Assembly: GCA_001189165.1 (NCBI GenBank)
Contig: LFCO01000003.1
Coordinates: forward strand, 50,769 to 114,768
Reading direction: 5' to 3'
Origin: Parcubacteria bacterium C7867-005
GTDB lineage: Bacteria > Patescibacteriota > Minisyncoccia > Phycocordibacterales > Zambryskibacteraceae
DNA: 64,000 bases
Both the position numbers and the translations under genes were made by a program. The notes under the pieces were generated by a model, which ran no database searches, had not been told where the DNA came from, and was given only the letters and a program-made list of their open reading frames with translations. Below are positions 13,381 to 23,340 of the stretch, one piece after another. Every line of letters begins with the position of its first letter. Position 1 is the stretch's first letter.

Positions 13381-14049
13381 TCAATTTCCATTCCCCACTG
13401 TGTCAACCTGCCAGGTTGACACAGTTGGATTGTCGAGAAATTTGATGAGCTCTTTTTGATATTTTTTCTCATTTGTATCAAACATCTCATAGAACAGCTC
13501 CTTGTTAACAACTGCAGAATGCATCCCTGACCCATAAAAATCTTTGAAACTTGACCATTCATAGTTTGATAAAAAATCTAGAGCCTTGTCTGTATTTATT
13601 GATGACGATTTCCACTTAGGAAACTTTAAATCTAAGGGGTTAATGTCTATGTAGACCGGGGCGTAGATAAACTGGCTATCATCAGTCATGCGAACGATCT
13701 TGGCACTGTTCTGAAATAAGTAACCGCTTCTTTTACCATTCTTAGTATTAAAATATTTTGTATATGCATTTCCCAATCTTTTCGTAAACTCCAAAATACC
13801 TCCCTCTTCTAACTCATAAATCAGTAAGTGGTAGTGATTGGGCAAAAGGCTCCATTTAAAGATCTCTACCAACTTCTTACGTTTCAAGTCATTGTGTCCT
13901 AGTGTATTCCCTTGTCTTGTTCTTATTTTTCCCTCTTTGTTATTAAGTAAAAACAAGTTTTCAACAAAGCGCAAATAATCTTTTCTATTCAGAAAGATGT
14001 TTCTTTTTTCTACTCCTCTATTAAAGACATGAGCAATATCACCTACCAT
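13381..14049 (-). mobile_element. IS200-like / REP-associated tyrosine transposase (RAYT-like, HUH Y1 family, COG1943)
   Basis: 222 aa; HUH motif LPNHYHLLI (compare MPDHVHLLV of IS200 TnpA), conserved upstream N-terminal block HVFNRGVEKRNIF...DYLRFVENL, downstream GYLFQNS...YIAPVYIDINPL (compare RAYT GHLWQGRY...YIHxNPV). The ORF as called reads through palindrome copy 2, so the true stop is probably earlier. Confidence 0.7.
13400..13422. repeat. 23-bp perfect palindrome GTGTCAACCTGCCAGGTTGACAC, copy 2
   Basis: Exact copy; extended here to a 29-bp palindrome (act...agt); lies at the 3' end of the RAYT-like gene. Confidence 0.9.
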
Positions 14050-14079
14050 TAACTCTAATTCTATTTTGTTGTGGCCCCC

Positions 14080-14102
14080 GTGTCAACCTGCCAGGTTGAC
14101 AC
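14080..14102. repeat. 23-bp perfect palindrome GTGTCAACCTGCCAGGTTGACAC, copy 3
   Basis: Exact copy, extended by CCCCC/GGGGG to a 33-bp palindrome; lies 30 bp upstream of the RAYT-like gene start. Confidence 0.9.
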
Positions 14103-14145
14103 GGGGGAACGGTGGTGCGTGTTAATTTTTTGTTTTCACACATAA

Positions 14146-14173
14146 CAAAACCACCCCGTGAGGGGTGGTTTTG
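14146..14173 (-). terminator. Rho-independent terminator (bidirectional-looking) after surface protein gene
   Basis: aaaaccacccc-gtga-ggggtggtttt hairpin with T-runs on both strands. Confidence 0.55.
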
Positions 14174-14232
14174 AAACTCTCTAAACTTTTATCCTAGAGC
14201 ACGAGGCTCGAGAGATAAAGAGATTAGATAAC

Positions 14233-16170
14233 TTATATCACGTTCATTGACACAGCTGGAGTCAAGAAGTTATTCAAGTTGAAGTTGTAGACGTTTGCAT
14301 GTGCATCGCCGCTATCACTATCCCACTTGATACCTGTCATGACAACCTGGATTATACCGTCAGCATCTGCTTCAAGAACAACGCTGGTGGTAAATCTTCG
14401 AGTTGTGTTCTGATCAACCTTGAATGATGTTGAAACATCATCAGAGTCAACTGAACCTGAAGTTGTAATCGAGCTTACAGTCGTAGAACCTGTTGTTGAC
14501 TGTGAAGTAGTAGCAAACGAGTTACCGTTTACACCTGCTGATGCCTGTGTAGAGGTTGCTACAACAGTATCCTTGTCAACCCAGAGGTCAGCGCCGAAGG
14601 CAGTGACGTCGAATGTGAAGGTAAATGTTGCTTGATCCTGTTCACCTGCATCATCAGCTACAAATGTCTTAACTCCTGTAGGAGTACCAACAAGGGCAAC
14701 TGAGATACCGTCAACGAAGAATGCTTGAGCCTCTCCAGCAATGTTGTCTGTTACTGAAATTGCATCGCCTTGTTCATCTTCAGCATCAATCAAGTGACCA
14801 CGAACAGTAGCAGTAAGCTTGTCACCAGAGGTGAAGGCACTTGCTTCTGTGTCGTTTACGTCAACTTTGATTGTGTAGGTTTCTGTATCACCTGCATCGA
14901 TGGTCATATCTAGATCATCGAATACTATGACTGAAGTACCAGTAGCTGAAGCTGATGGGCTTTCACTTCCGATCTCAGTGTTACCGTGGTAGAGGTAAAC
15001 AGTCTTTGCGATCTGGTTAACTGAACCAACTGTACCAGTTGAGGTTGCGAGAAGGACACCGATTTCATCAACCCAAGCGTCTGAATCATCTCCGGCTTCA
15101 AGCTCGAATTCGATGAGAGTGATACCGTTGGTATCGTTTGTATCATCTACTTCGTGAGAGAGAGCGTTTGGTGAATCATTTCCTTCGGTCAATTCAAGAG
15201 CGCCGGCTGAGACGTCTTCAAATGTCATAGTGACAGTGTCAGAGTCATCACCTGCTTCCTGATCAATACCTGCTCCGTCGATAGCGCGGATACCGTTATC
15301 TTCTACAGATACCAAGAAGTCCTGGTCTGTATCAGAACCATCGATGTTGTCTTGAGCTGTTACTTCAAGGGTGTACCTTGCTGTAGCATCTTCTTTGACA
15401 ACGTTATTTAGACCACCGAAACGGATGGTGTAGATGTCAGAACCTTCGTCTGACCAGTCATCTTCATCACCGGCGTTTATAGTAGCGATCTTTGTACTGT
15501 CTCTGTAAAGAGAGAGAGTATCGATGTAATCCCAAGGCTCATCACCTAGGGCTTGGTTTGTTGCGTCGAACTGGAAGTCAATACGCTGAACTGAAAGGTC
15601 AGAGTCTTCTGCATCGAATTCAAACGCCATAACCTTGACTGTCTGTCCTTCCTGTACATCTTCGTTAGAAGGTGAACCTAGAACATCGAAGTCAGTGATA
15701 TCTCCTTCCGCTCCGGGAGTAGAGATAGCGCCAGTTGAAGGTGTACCGGTTGAAGGTGTACCTGGAACTGAAGGCATAGATGAGTTAGCAGCTGCGCGAG
15801 ACTTTGGTCCCCAGTAACCTACAGCAGGAGCGATTCCTGAAGCTGCTTGCCACTTTGCGACTGCGTTCTTTGTAAGAGCACCGAAATAACCCTTTGCTAC
15901 GCCAACTGGCATAACAAGGTGTCCCTTGGATTCAAGGAGATTCTGAAGTGCGACAACTTCTGAACCAGAACTACCGAGGGTAAGGTCGGTGTTGAATGAT
16001 CCTGTTGTAGCTGCTGCTGAACTACCTCCCATAGCTGCGATTTGCGCCATGAGAAGATCGATCTTTGCCTGTAGATCTGAAGTGCTCTGAGCTCCTGCTG
16101 TAACAGCGAAGCTTAGGGCTGCGATAGATCCTGCACTGTAGGCAGCGATTCTTGCGATTGTTTTACTCAT
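14233..16170 (-). CDS. Secreted surface protein with peptidoglycan-binding domain and long acidic Asp/Thr/Ser-rich region
   Basis: 645 aa; signal peptide ending AGAQS, PG_binding_1-like segment (GSSGSEVVALQNLLESKGHL...YFGALTKNAVAKWQAASG), then about 450 aa of low-complexity D/T/S/G-rich sequence. Confidence 0.6.
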   Translation of the reverse strand: MSKTIARIAAYSAGSIAALSFAVTAGAQSTSDLQAKIDLLMAQIAAMGGSSAAATTGSFNTDLTLGSSGSEVVALQNLLESKGHLVMPVGVAKGYFGALTKNAVAKWQAASGIAPAVGYWGPKSRAAANSSMPSVPGTPSTGTPSTGAISTPGAEGDITDFDVLGSPSNEDVQEGQTVKVMAFEFDAEDSDLSVQRIDFQFDATNQALGDEPWDYIDTLSLYRDSTKIATINAGDEDDWSDEGSDIYTIRFGGLNNVVKEDATARYTLEVTAQDNIDGSDTDQDFLVSVEDNGIRAIDGAGIDQEAGDDSDTVTMTFEDVSAGALELTEGNDSPNALSHEVDDTNDTNGITLIEFELEAGDDSDAWVDEIGVLLATSTGTVGSVNQIAKTVYLYHGNTEIGSESPSASATGTSVIVFDDLDMTIDAGDTETYTIKVDVNDTEASAFTSGDKLTATVRGHLIDAEDEQGDAISVTDNIAGEAQAFFVDGISVALVGTPTGVKTFVADDAGEQDQATFTFTFDVTAFGADLWVDKDTVVATSTQASAGVNGNSFATTSQSTTGSTTVSSITTSGSVDSDDVSTSFKVDQNTTRRFTTSVVLEADADGIIQVVMTGIKWDSDSGDAHANVYNFNLNNFLTPAVSMNVI

Positions 16171-16445
16171 TTTTAAATTTAAATACTAATGCGCAGGAGT
16201 GTCCCCAATGATTCTAAAGTGTCGGGTATAAACCTGCGTGGATTAATTTTGCCGACGACGGATAAGCCTTCGCCGGCAAGCTGATAATTCATTGCACCAA
16301 TTAATTATAGATTGGCGCAAAACAAACACCTAAATGTACTGTGGATAACTCTGTAGATAAGCCCTGCAATGGGAGTAGCTCAGAGAGTATCGGTTTAAGA
16401 TCATACCTTTTTGGACAGGCAAAGTCAAACAAATTACGGCCTAGA

Positions 16446-17348
16446 TTAAGGTCTTACGAGCGAATACCTGCTCCATCTTTTTTCTCCGTGCTTCCTCAAG
16501 ATTCCAGATTGGACCATGGAGAGAAGTTCCCGTTGAATGGTCTTCTCGCTACAGCCATCGATAAGAGGAGAAACGTCCTTTATCATGATCTCCTTTTTAC
16601 GCTTGAGTAGGGCAATGATGGTGCTCTGTCTACTATTTTTCTTCACTGCAACCACGCCGAACTCTTTTAGATCGTTCACCTCTGAGGCTTTACCTGCGTG
16701 CATCTTTTTGTCAGCTTGCTGTAAATGTCCCTTAAACGATTGTTCTGTTCTATTCGATATTAAATAGTCCTTTTCATCCAAAAGCTCCTGTTTTGGCTTT
16801 ACCACATAATTGTTTAGAGACACATTCTCTACTGGCTTTAGAAAACTATCTTGCAAGGTAACCCTTTCCGCTCCACTTTTAAGGTTCCTGTCCACATGGA
16901 AAAAACCTTCGTTCAAAGAAGAGTTACTGCCACTATAGGCATCTGCAGATAGATTCAGATTAAGAGAGAGCACATCGAACTCTTTGTTTATAATCCCATA
17001 ATTCATGTCTGAAATAAGCCCTATTTGTTTGGATACAGACAAGAGAGAAGTTACTTCCAAAATATTCGCCCTCATGGAAACAATGGTTGAATCCTTCCCT
17101 TTCGAACTATCATCCCTAAGCAAAAGACTTAGAGACAAAAGTTCTGAACCGAGTGTTCTGAGTCTCCATTTCAAAGGTTCGTTGTCCTGAAAGAAACCGG
17201 TAATCAAGTACAGCGCGGAAACCAACTTCTGAGTCTTTTTAAAGACAAAAATAAAACTTTCATTTCCAGAGAAAAGCTGGAGTGGACCAAAAACTCCTTG
17301 TTCTTGGGTGTTTTTTATTTCTATGCTTTTGTTTGTGTCTCTTTCCAT
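16446..17348 (-). CDS. Hypothetical protein with C-terminal winged-helix DNA-binding-like domain
   Basis: 300 aa; C-terminal TIIALLKRKKEIMIKDVSPLIDGCSEKTIQRELLSMVQSGILRKHGEKRWSRYSL resembles wHTH. Confidence 0.4.
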   Translation of the reverse strand: MERDTNKSIEIKNTQEQGVFGPLQLFSGNESFIFVFKKTQKLVSALYLITGFFQDNEPLKWRLRTLGSELLSLSLLLRDDSSKGKDSTIVSMRANILEVTSLLSVSKQIGLISDMNYGIINKEFDVLSLNLNLSADAYSGSNSSLNEGFFHVDRNLKSGAERVTLQDSFLKPVENVSLNNYVVKPKQELLDEKDYLISNRTEQSFKGHLQQADKKMHAGKASEVNDLKEFGVVAVKKNSRQSTIIALLKRKKEIMIKDVSPLIDGCSEKTIQRELLSMVQSGILRKHGEKRWSRYSLVRP

Positions 17349-17518
17349 AAAGGCCTGTTTTGTCGCTTGTTTAATGTCTTTTTTACTGTCCTTTAAACTA
17401 TATCACATTTTGTCCTTTATTGCAAGTCAGTTAATTATAGGACATTAGAGACATTAATTGCAATGCAAAAATCAGCAATGCTCCATGTGGTACTATTGTA
17501 GTCAAGACAAGCAAAACT

Positions 17519-19693
17519 ATGGCTAAAAAGAAGAGACAGAATACGGACGAATCCTCCTCATGGTTTGAGAACATATCCAAGGAGACTCTGAATGCCGTTT
17601 TGGGGGTGCTCTCTGTGGTGGTGATGCTTTTCCTACTACTTGCGGCCATGGGTAAGGGCGGACCAGTGGGTGGTGGAACCTATGGGTTACTCACCTATTT
17701 GTTTGGTATTGGATACTACCTCGTGGCCATCGTTTTCCTCATGCTCGCCATCTCTTTCTTCCAAGCCAAGGAACGTGATTTTGCCCTACCCCAGATAACT
17801 GGCGCATTAATTTTCTTTGTATCGGCCCTTGGACTGACTGATCTACTTTTTAATAAAGGAGGGGTCATAGGCGGATTCATCTCTAACCCACTCGACTCGC
17901 TTTTTGGACCATACCTATCCGCTATCATCATGATGGCTCTCATCATCATCTCTTTATTGGTTATCTTTGATACAGCAATAAAACTCGACTTGTTGTACCT
18001 ATTCGCCAAGATTTTCCAAAAGAAAGAGGTTGCGACAAGCATGGAGGACAGTGAGGTGGCTGCGGTGGAAAAGGCAGAAGAAGAAATGAGAGATAAATCC
18101 CCAGAAGAAACCAAGGGCAAAGAAATCGGATCTCTGGTCAAAAAAATGTTACCTAAGGACGACAGTGAGGGTTTTGTCCCTACAGTGACAAAAAGGCTCG
18201 GCAAACCATGGTCACCCCCACCCCTATCACTTCTAGAAAAGGATCGTGGTAAACCTGGTGTTGGAGATATAAAAGCTAATGCAAATCAAATCAAACGCAC
18301 TCTTCTCAACTTTGGAATCGTAGTAGAGATGGATGAAATATCTATTGGACCATCAGTCACCAGATATTCTTTGAAACCAGCAGAGGGGGTGAAGCTCTCT
18401 AAGATACTTGGTCTACAAAACAATTTGGAGCTGGCACTCGCTGCACACCCAGTCCGTATAGAAGCACCGATCCCTGGCAAATCCCTCGTCGGCATTGAAG
18501 TACCAAATACCTCTAAGGCGACCATCGGCCTCGGCAGCCTTTTGTCTGAACCTGGATATGCAGAATCGGAGAAACCATTACTCGTCTCCCTTGGGCGTGA
18601 CGTATCTGGACACACGCATTTTGCAAACTTGGCCAAGATGCCACACTGTTTGATCGCCGGTTCTACTGGTTCAGGAAAATCTGTGACTATACATGCGATG
18701 ATCAATTCTCTCTTGTTCAGGAATCCTCCAGAAAACCTCAAGTTCATCATGATCGACCCCAAGAGAGTCGAGCTAACCTTGTACAACAAAATCCCCCATC
18801 TACTAACACCTGTCATCACTGATGCTAAGAAGGCGATCCTCGCACTCAAGTGGGCTGCTAAAGAAATGGATCGCAGATACGATATCTTGGAAAAATGTGC
18901 CGTACGAGACATCGACTCTTATCACAAAACAATCCTCTCCCCCGTTAACAAAAAAAGTAAGGGTGATGAAGAAGATGACGGACTAGATCCTATGCCATAC
19001 ATGGTGATCATCATCGACGAACTCGCAGACCTCATGCAGGCATACCCAAGAGAACTCGAAAGTGCCATCATCCGCCTCGCGCAGATGAGTCGTGCTGTCG
19101 GCATACACCTCATGCTCTCTACCCAGAGGCCTTCAGTGAACGTCATCACTGGATTGATCAAAGCCAACGTCCCTGCCCGAATCGCCCTACAGGTATCTTC
19201 ACAAATAGATTCGAGGACAATCCTCGACATGGCCGGTGCAGAGAAACTGTTGGGTGCTGGAGACATGCTCTATGTAGGTGGAGAGATGTCCAAACCGGAA
19301 CGAATACAGTCAGCATATATATCTGAAGGAGAAGTTAAAAAGGTTGTTAAGTACCTCACAGATACATATATGGATGACCTCAATACTCAAATAGACTTTA
19401 CTAACGACAAGGTAGATAACTCTATCTTCTCTGCTACCCTCGGGGATGATGAGGCAAGCGAGGATGACGACGAGTTGTACGAGGAAGCCAGAGAAATAGT
19501 GGTTGGAGCAGGCAAGGCTTCTACATCATTCCTCCAAAGGAAGCTACGAGTGGGTTATGCTCGAGCAGCCAGACTGATAGATATGCTCGAAGAACGTGGA
19601 GTGATCGGCGCCGGATCTGGAGCAAAAGCAAGAGAAGTTATCGGTGCGACAAGTCCCGAATCAAATTTTGAAGATAAGGAAGAAGATGTATGA
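17519..19693 (+). CDS. ftsK: DNA translocase FtsK/SpoIIIE
   Basis: 724 aa; N-terminal TM segments, Walker A GSTGSGKS, Walker B IIIDELADL, C-terminal gamma wHTH domain. Confidence 0.9.
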   Translation: MAKKKRQNTDESSSWFENISKETLNAVLGVLSVVVMLFLLLAAMGKGGPVGGGTYGLLTYLFGIGYYLVAIVFLMLAISFFQAKERDFALPQITGALIFFVSALGLTDLLFNKGGVIGGFISNPLDSLFGPYLSAIIMMALIIISLLVIFDTAIKLDLLYLFAKIFQKKEVATSMEDSEVAAVEKAEEEMRDKSPEETKGKEIGSLVKKMLPKDDSEGFVPTVTKRLGKPWSPPPLSLLEKDRGKPGVGDIKANANQIKRTLLNFGIVVEMDEISIGPSVTRYSLKPAEGVKLSKILGLQNNLELALAAHPVRIEAPIPGKSLVGIEVPNTSKATIGLGSLLSEPGYAESEKPLLVSLGRDVSGHTHFANLAKMPHCLIAGSTGSGKSVTIHAMINSLLFRNPPENLKFIMIDPKRVELTLYNKIPHLLTPVITDAKKAILALKWAAKEMDRRYDILEKCAVRDIDSYHKTILSPVNKKSKGDEEDDGLDPMPYMVIIIDELADLMQAYPRELESAIIRLAQMSRAVGIHLMLSTQRPSVNVITGLIKANVPARIALQVSSQIDSRTILDMAGAEKLLGAGDMLYVGGEMSKPERIQSAYISEGEVKKVVKYLTDTYMDDLNTQIDFTNDKVDNSIFSATLGDDEASEDDDELYEEAREIVVGAGKASTSFLQRKLRVGYARAARLIDMLEERGVIGAGSGAKAREVIGATSPESNFEDKEEDV

Positions 19694-20037
19694 GAAGAGT
19701 AGAAATAAACCCTAGGTTTGTCGTCTTCACAGGATTTTTTGTTTTACTACTCGCCTACTCTTTGTATCAAGCCAGGTTCGTGATCCTCGGACCGCATATA
19801 AACATCGAGTATCCACAAGACGGCGACCTGGTAGATTCAAAAGTTTTCTCTGCGACAGGTCATGCAGAAAATATCGCTTATATCAGTTTGAACGACAGAC
19901 CGATATACATAGATGAGCACGGAAATTTTGATGAGAAGATAGTGGCACACATAGGCCTGAGTACGATGTCCATCAAAGCCAGAGATAGGTTCGGACGAGA
20001 AACGGAAAAAATAGTGAGGGTTGTATATAAAGAATAA
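19690..20037 (+). CDS. Hypothetical membrane-anchored protein
   Basis: 115 aa, N-terminal TM; start overlaps ftsK stop. Confidence 0.4.
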   Translation: MRRVEINPRFVVFTGFFVLLLAYSLYQARFVILGPHINIEYPQDGDLVDSKVFSATGHAENIAYISLNDRPIYIDEHGNFDEKIVAHIGLSTMSIKARDRFGRETEKIVRVVYKE

Positions 20038-21088
20038 ACATATGAAAAAAACAAAAATACCAAAACCACCGAAAGAAATGGGAGAAAGAAATGAATCCAA
20101 GAACATAGACTCGACACTCGATGCGATCAAGATGAAATTCGGAGAAGACTCAATCATGATGCTCGGTGCCAAGCCGAGAGTGGGTATAGACGCTATCTCC
20201 ACTGGTTCTATAGGACTCGATGCAGCACTCGGTGTCGGTGGACTCCCTCGTGGTCGTATAGTAGAAATCTTTGGACCAGAATCATCTGGTAAGACTACCC
20301 TGTCTCTACATGTTATAGCTGAAGCACAAAAGCTCGGCGGTATCTGTGCGTTCATAGATGCAGAACATGCTATGGATCCAGAGTACTCGCAGAAACTCGG
20401 AGTAAAAATAAACGAGCTCCTCATCTCTCAACCCGACACGGGCGAACAAGCACTCGAGATAGTAGAGTCACTCGTGCGCTCGGGCAAGATGGATGTCATC
20501 GTCATCGACTCTGTGGCTGCGCTTACACCAAAGGATGAGATAGAAGGAGATATGGGTGCACACCATGTCGGCAAACAAGCGAGGTTGATGAGCCAAGCTC
20601 TCCGCAAGCTCACTGCAATCGTCGCCAGATCCAAAACTATAGTTATCTTCATCAACCAAATTCGTATGCAAATCGGCGTGATGTTTGGTAATCCAGAAAC
20701 AACCCCGGGAGGCAAAGCCTTGAAGTTCTATACATCAGTCAGACTCGACATCAGACGCATCGCTCAGATCAAAAAAGGTGAAGAGATCATGGGGGGACGT
20801 ATCCGTGTGAAGGTGGTCAAGAACAAAGTAGCTGCACCATTCAAACAAACAGAATTCGACCTCATGTACAACGAGGGTATCAGCCGTGAGGGAGAGATCA
20901 TCGCTCTCGGAGAAAAGATGGGCATGGTCAAGAAGACTGGAAACTCTTACTCCTATACCCCAGAGAAAGATGGTGAGGAAATAAAACTCGGTCGAGGTTA
21001 TGATTCTACTCGACAATTCTTAAGTGAAAATAAAAAAATCACTGATCAGATACTCAAAGAAATCCGCGCGAAACTAAAGGAAATATAG
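20021..21088 (+). CDS. recA: Recombinase RecA
   Basis: Walker [10 protein letters not shown], RecA L1/L2 loop regions, conserved FIDAEHA; track start is TTG, a later ATG about 20 bp downstream (MKKTKIP) is more plausible. Confidence 0.9.
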   Translation: MYIKNKHMKKTKIPKPPKEMGERNESKNIDSTLDAIKMKFGEDSIMMLGAKPRVGIDAISTGSIGLDAALGVGGLPRGRIVEIFGPESSGKTTLSLHVIAEAQKLGGICAFIDAEHAMDPEYSQKLGVKINELLISQPDTGEQALEIVESLVRSGKMDVIVIDSVAALTPKDEIEGDMGAHHVGKQARLMSQALRKLTAIVARSKTIVIFINQIRMQIGVMFGNPETTPGGKALKFYTSVRLDIRRIAQIKKGEEIMGGRIRVKVVKNKVAAPFKQTEFDLMYNEGISREGEIIALGEKMGMVKKTGNSYSYTPEKDGEEIKLGRGYDSTRQFLSENKKITDQILKEIRAKLKEI

Positions 21089-21443
21089 AAATATTGAAAC
21101 CTTGCAAAAGACTCGAACTTTGAGGTAGTATTCTATCCGCACTTACTTGAGTTAGAGAAATCCCTTTTCTAGGAGAGCTTGGTGTGCCCTATCTCGTCGG
21201 GGAGTCTCCACTACCTCCGTGGATCGATATGACCGACAGTTCTGAGACAAGACAAGCCAAGTGAGAACTCGGGGACGAAAATGGCATTTATTTGCCAGCC
21301 ATCAAACCGATGATTCTCAAAAAAGGTACCAGACCAACAATGGTCTGAATAACCTGCTCTTGAGTGCATTGCCACGGCTCTCCACCGTGGCTTCACTCTA
21401 TATTTTTTGACTTTAAAAAACAGACCAGTAGAATACTCTTACA

Positions 21444-22037
21444 ATGCTTGAATACAACGAAATAACTGAGAGAAAATACATCGTTTTCGAAGGTGAACCT
21501 TACGAAGTGCTAGACTCGCACGTCTTCCGCAAACAACAGAGAAAACCAGTGAACGCCACCAAACTCCGCAGTCTCCTCTCTGGGCGCATAGTAGAACATT
21601 CTTTCCATGTATCAGACAAAGCTGAAGAAGCAGACATCACCAAGCGTGAAGTAAAATTCTTATACAAAAACAAAGGAGAATTTTGGTTCGCAGAAATAAA
21701 AGATCCATCCAAGAGATTCAAACTCCCCGAAGACATGATCGGTGCTCCATCCAAATTCCTCAAGGATAATACTATTGTGGATGCAATGATGTTTGATGAT
21801 GGCAAATCCGAGGAAGGCAAGATTATCGGACTCAAGCTCCCTATCAAGATGGACCTGAAGGTTACCGAAGCTCACCCCGCAGTCAAGGGCAACACAGCCC
21901 AGGGTGGATCAAAGATGGTGACTTTGGAATCCGGCGCAGAAATCCAGGTACCAATGTTCATAAAAGAAGGTGACATCCTCCGTGTAAACACCGACACTGG
22001 TGAATATACAGACCGAGTGAACGGCAACAGCTTCTAA
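21444..22037 (+). CDS. efp: Translation elongation factor P
   Basis: 197 aa; KOW-like N-domain and two OB domains, conserved motifs across full length. Confidence 0.9.
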   Translation: MLEYNEITERKYIVFEGEPYEVLDSHVFRKQQRKPVNATKLRSLLSGRIVEHSFHVSDKAEEADITKREVKFLYKNKGEFWFAEIKDPSKRFKLPEDMIGAPSKFLKDNTIVDAMMFDDGKSEEGKIIGLKLPIKMDLKVTEAHPAVKGNTAQGGSKMVTLESGAEIQVPMFIKEGDILRVNTDTGEYTDRVNGNSF

Positions 22038-22040
22038 CAA

Positions 22041-22070
22041 AAAACCCTCACGATCGTGAGGGTTTTTTGT
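22041..22070 (+). terminator. Rho-independent terminator after efp
   Basis: ccctcacgatcgtgaggg hairpin followed by TTTTTTGTTT. Confidence 0.7.
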
Positions 22071-22274
22071 TTACCTGGTGACGTATGGGAGTAGCCCCAT
22101 GAATCGTGCGCGTTTGATAGCCATAGAAAGAGCACGCTGGCTCTTGGCTGAAGTTCCTGTCCTACGCTTGCCCTGGATACGTGCGTGGGGAGTAAGGAAT
22201 TTCTTCAAGGTATCTACATCTTTGTAGTCGATGTATTCGATCTTGTGATCTTTGAAGTAACACTGCTTTTTCAT
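22071..22274 (-). CDS. rpsR: 30S ribosomal protein S18
   Basis: 67 aa; [15 protein letters not shown]...[18 protein letters not shown] is the S18 signature. Confidence 0.85.
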   Translation of the reverse strand: MKKQCYFKDHKIEYIDYKDVDTLKKFLTPHARIQGKRRTGTSAKSQRALSMAIKRARFMGLLPYVTR

Positions 22275-22294
22275 GATTTTATTTTAATTTTAAT

Positions 22295-22747
22295 TTAGAA
22301 AGGAATATCGTCTGGGTTGATATCTTCTTCTGGATATTCGATCGTGTCGATCGGAGGTGCGTCGTTCCCTGCTTTTGGAGCTGGTGCACTTTTGGCCCCC
22401 GCATCGTATGAACCACTTTCTTTCCTTGGACCGAACTGCACTCTGTCGGCGACGATCTCTGTACGATATCTCTTTGATCCGTCTGCCGCATCCCATGATC
22501 TGGTTTGCATCCTCCCCTCTACCATCACACTCGCACCTTTCCTCAGGAACTGATTAGCAGTTTCTGCTTGTCTACCAAAGACTACTACGTTGTGGTAATC
22601 AACCGATTCTTGTTTGACACCATTCTTGTCTTTCCAAACTCGATTAGTGGCAAGCGACATACTGCAAACTTGAATTCCAGAAGGAAGAGATTTGAGCTCT
22701 GGATCGCGGGTGAGGTTCCCTATGACGATAGCCTTGTTGAAATACAT
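22295..22747 (-). CDS. ssb: Single-stranded DNA-binding protein
   Basis: 150 aa; OB-fold N-terminus (MYFNKAIVIGNLTRDPELK), Gly/Pro-rich linker, acidic tail ending DDIPF. Confidence 0.9.
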   Translation of the reverse strand: MYFNKAIVIGNLTRDPELKSLPSGIQVCSMSLATNRVWKDKNGVKQESVDYHNVVVFGRQAETANQFLRKGASVMVEGRMQTRSWDAADGSKRYRTEIVADRVQFGPRKESGSYDAGAKSAPAPKAGNDAPPIDTIEYPEEDINPDDIPF

Positions 22748-22752
22748 ATTTA

Positions 22753-23250
22753 TTATTCTACCACAGGGTCAGCGACCGGAGCCTCGACTGCTTTGTCTTC
22801 ATCAGCCTTTGGTTCTCCTGGAAGTTCTGGCAAGACAGCATTTAGGGCTGCTTCCCTCGCCTCTCTGGCCTTTTGAGCCATCTCGAAGGTGAAGGTTGTC
22901 TCTCTAGGTGTCTTAATAAGCAAAGATCTCAGAACCTCTTCGATCTTATCTACGCCTATTTTTATGGCTTCAACCTGACTTGATTCTGCTTCAAATTTCA
23001 TCCAACCGATATAAGCTTCGTCTACAACATACTTGCGGGCACCAACACTTTTGGACATAGAGTACGCAAGCTCTTCGAGGTGAGGTTCCTCTGAATCAAG
23101 CTTGGTGGCCCCTGCCTTTTCTACAACAGAAACTAGTTTGTCGACCACTTTGGAGAGGTTTTCTTCAGTAACACTTGGCAATATGAGGTATCCTACCTCA
23201 TAAACACCAGCTGTTCCTTCGTTCTCCTTGTGATCTTCTGTAATGGGCAT
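22753..23250 (-). CDS. rpsF: 30S ribosomal protein S6 (with extensions)
   Basis: 165 aa; YEVGYLILP core matching the S6 N-terminus, acidic C-terminus; conserved S6-SSB-S18 gene order. Confidence 0.7.
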   Translation of the reverse strand: MPITEDHKENEGTAGVYEVGYLILPSVTEENLSKVVDKLVSVVEKAGATKLDSEEPHLEELAYSMSKSVGARKYVVDEAYIGWMKFEAESSQVEAIKIGVDKIEEVLRSLLIKTPRETTFTFEMAQKAREAREAALNAVLPELPGEPKADEDKAVEAPVADPVVE

Positions 23251-23340
23251 GAGTCTTATGACTAATTGTTAAACTCCAAGCGTCCCACTCGTAGAGGGAC
23301 GTACAGAAGGAGTCCCGATAGAGTATCACGCATAGACCCC

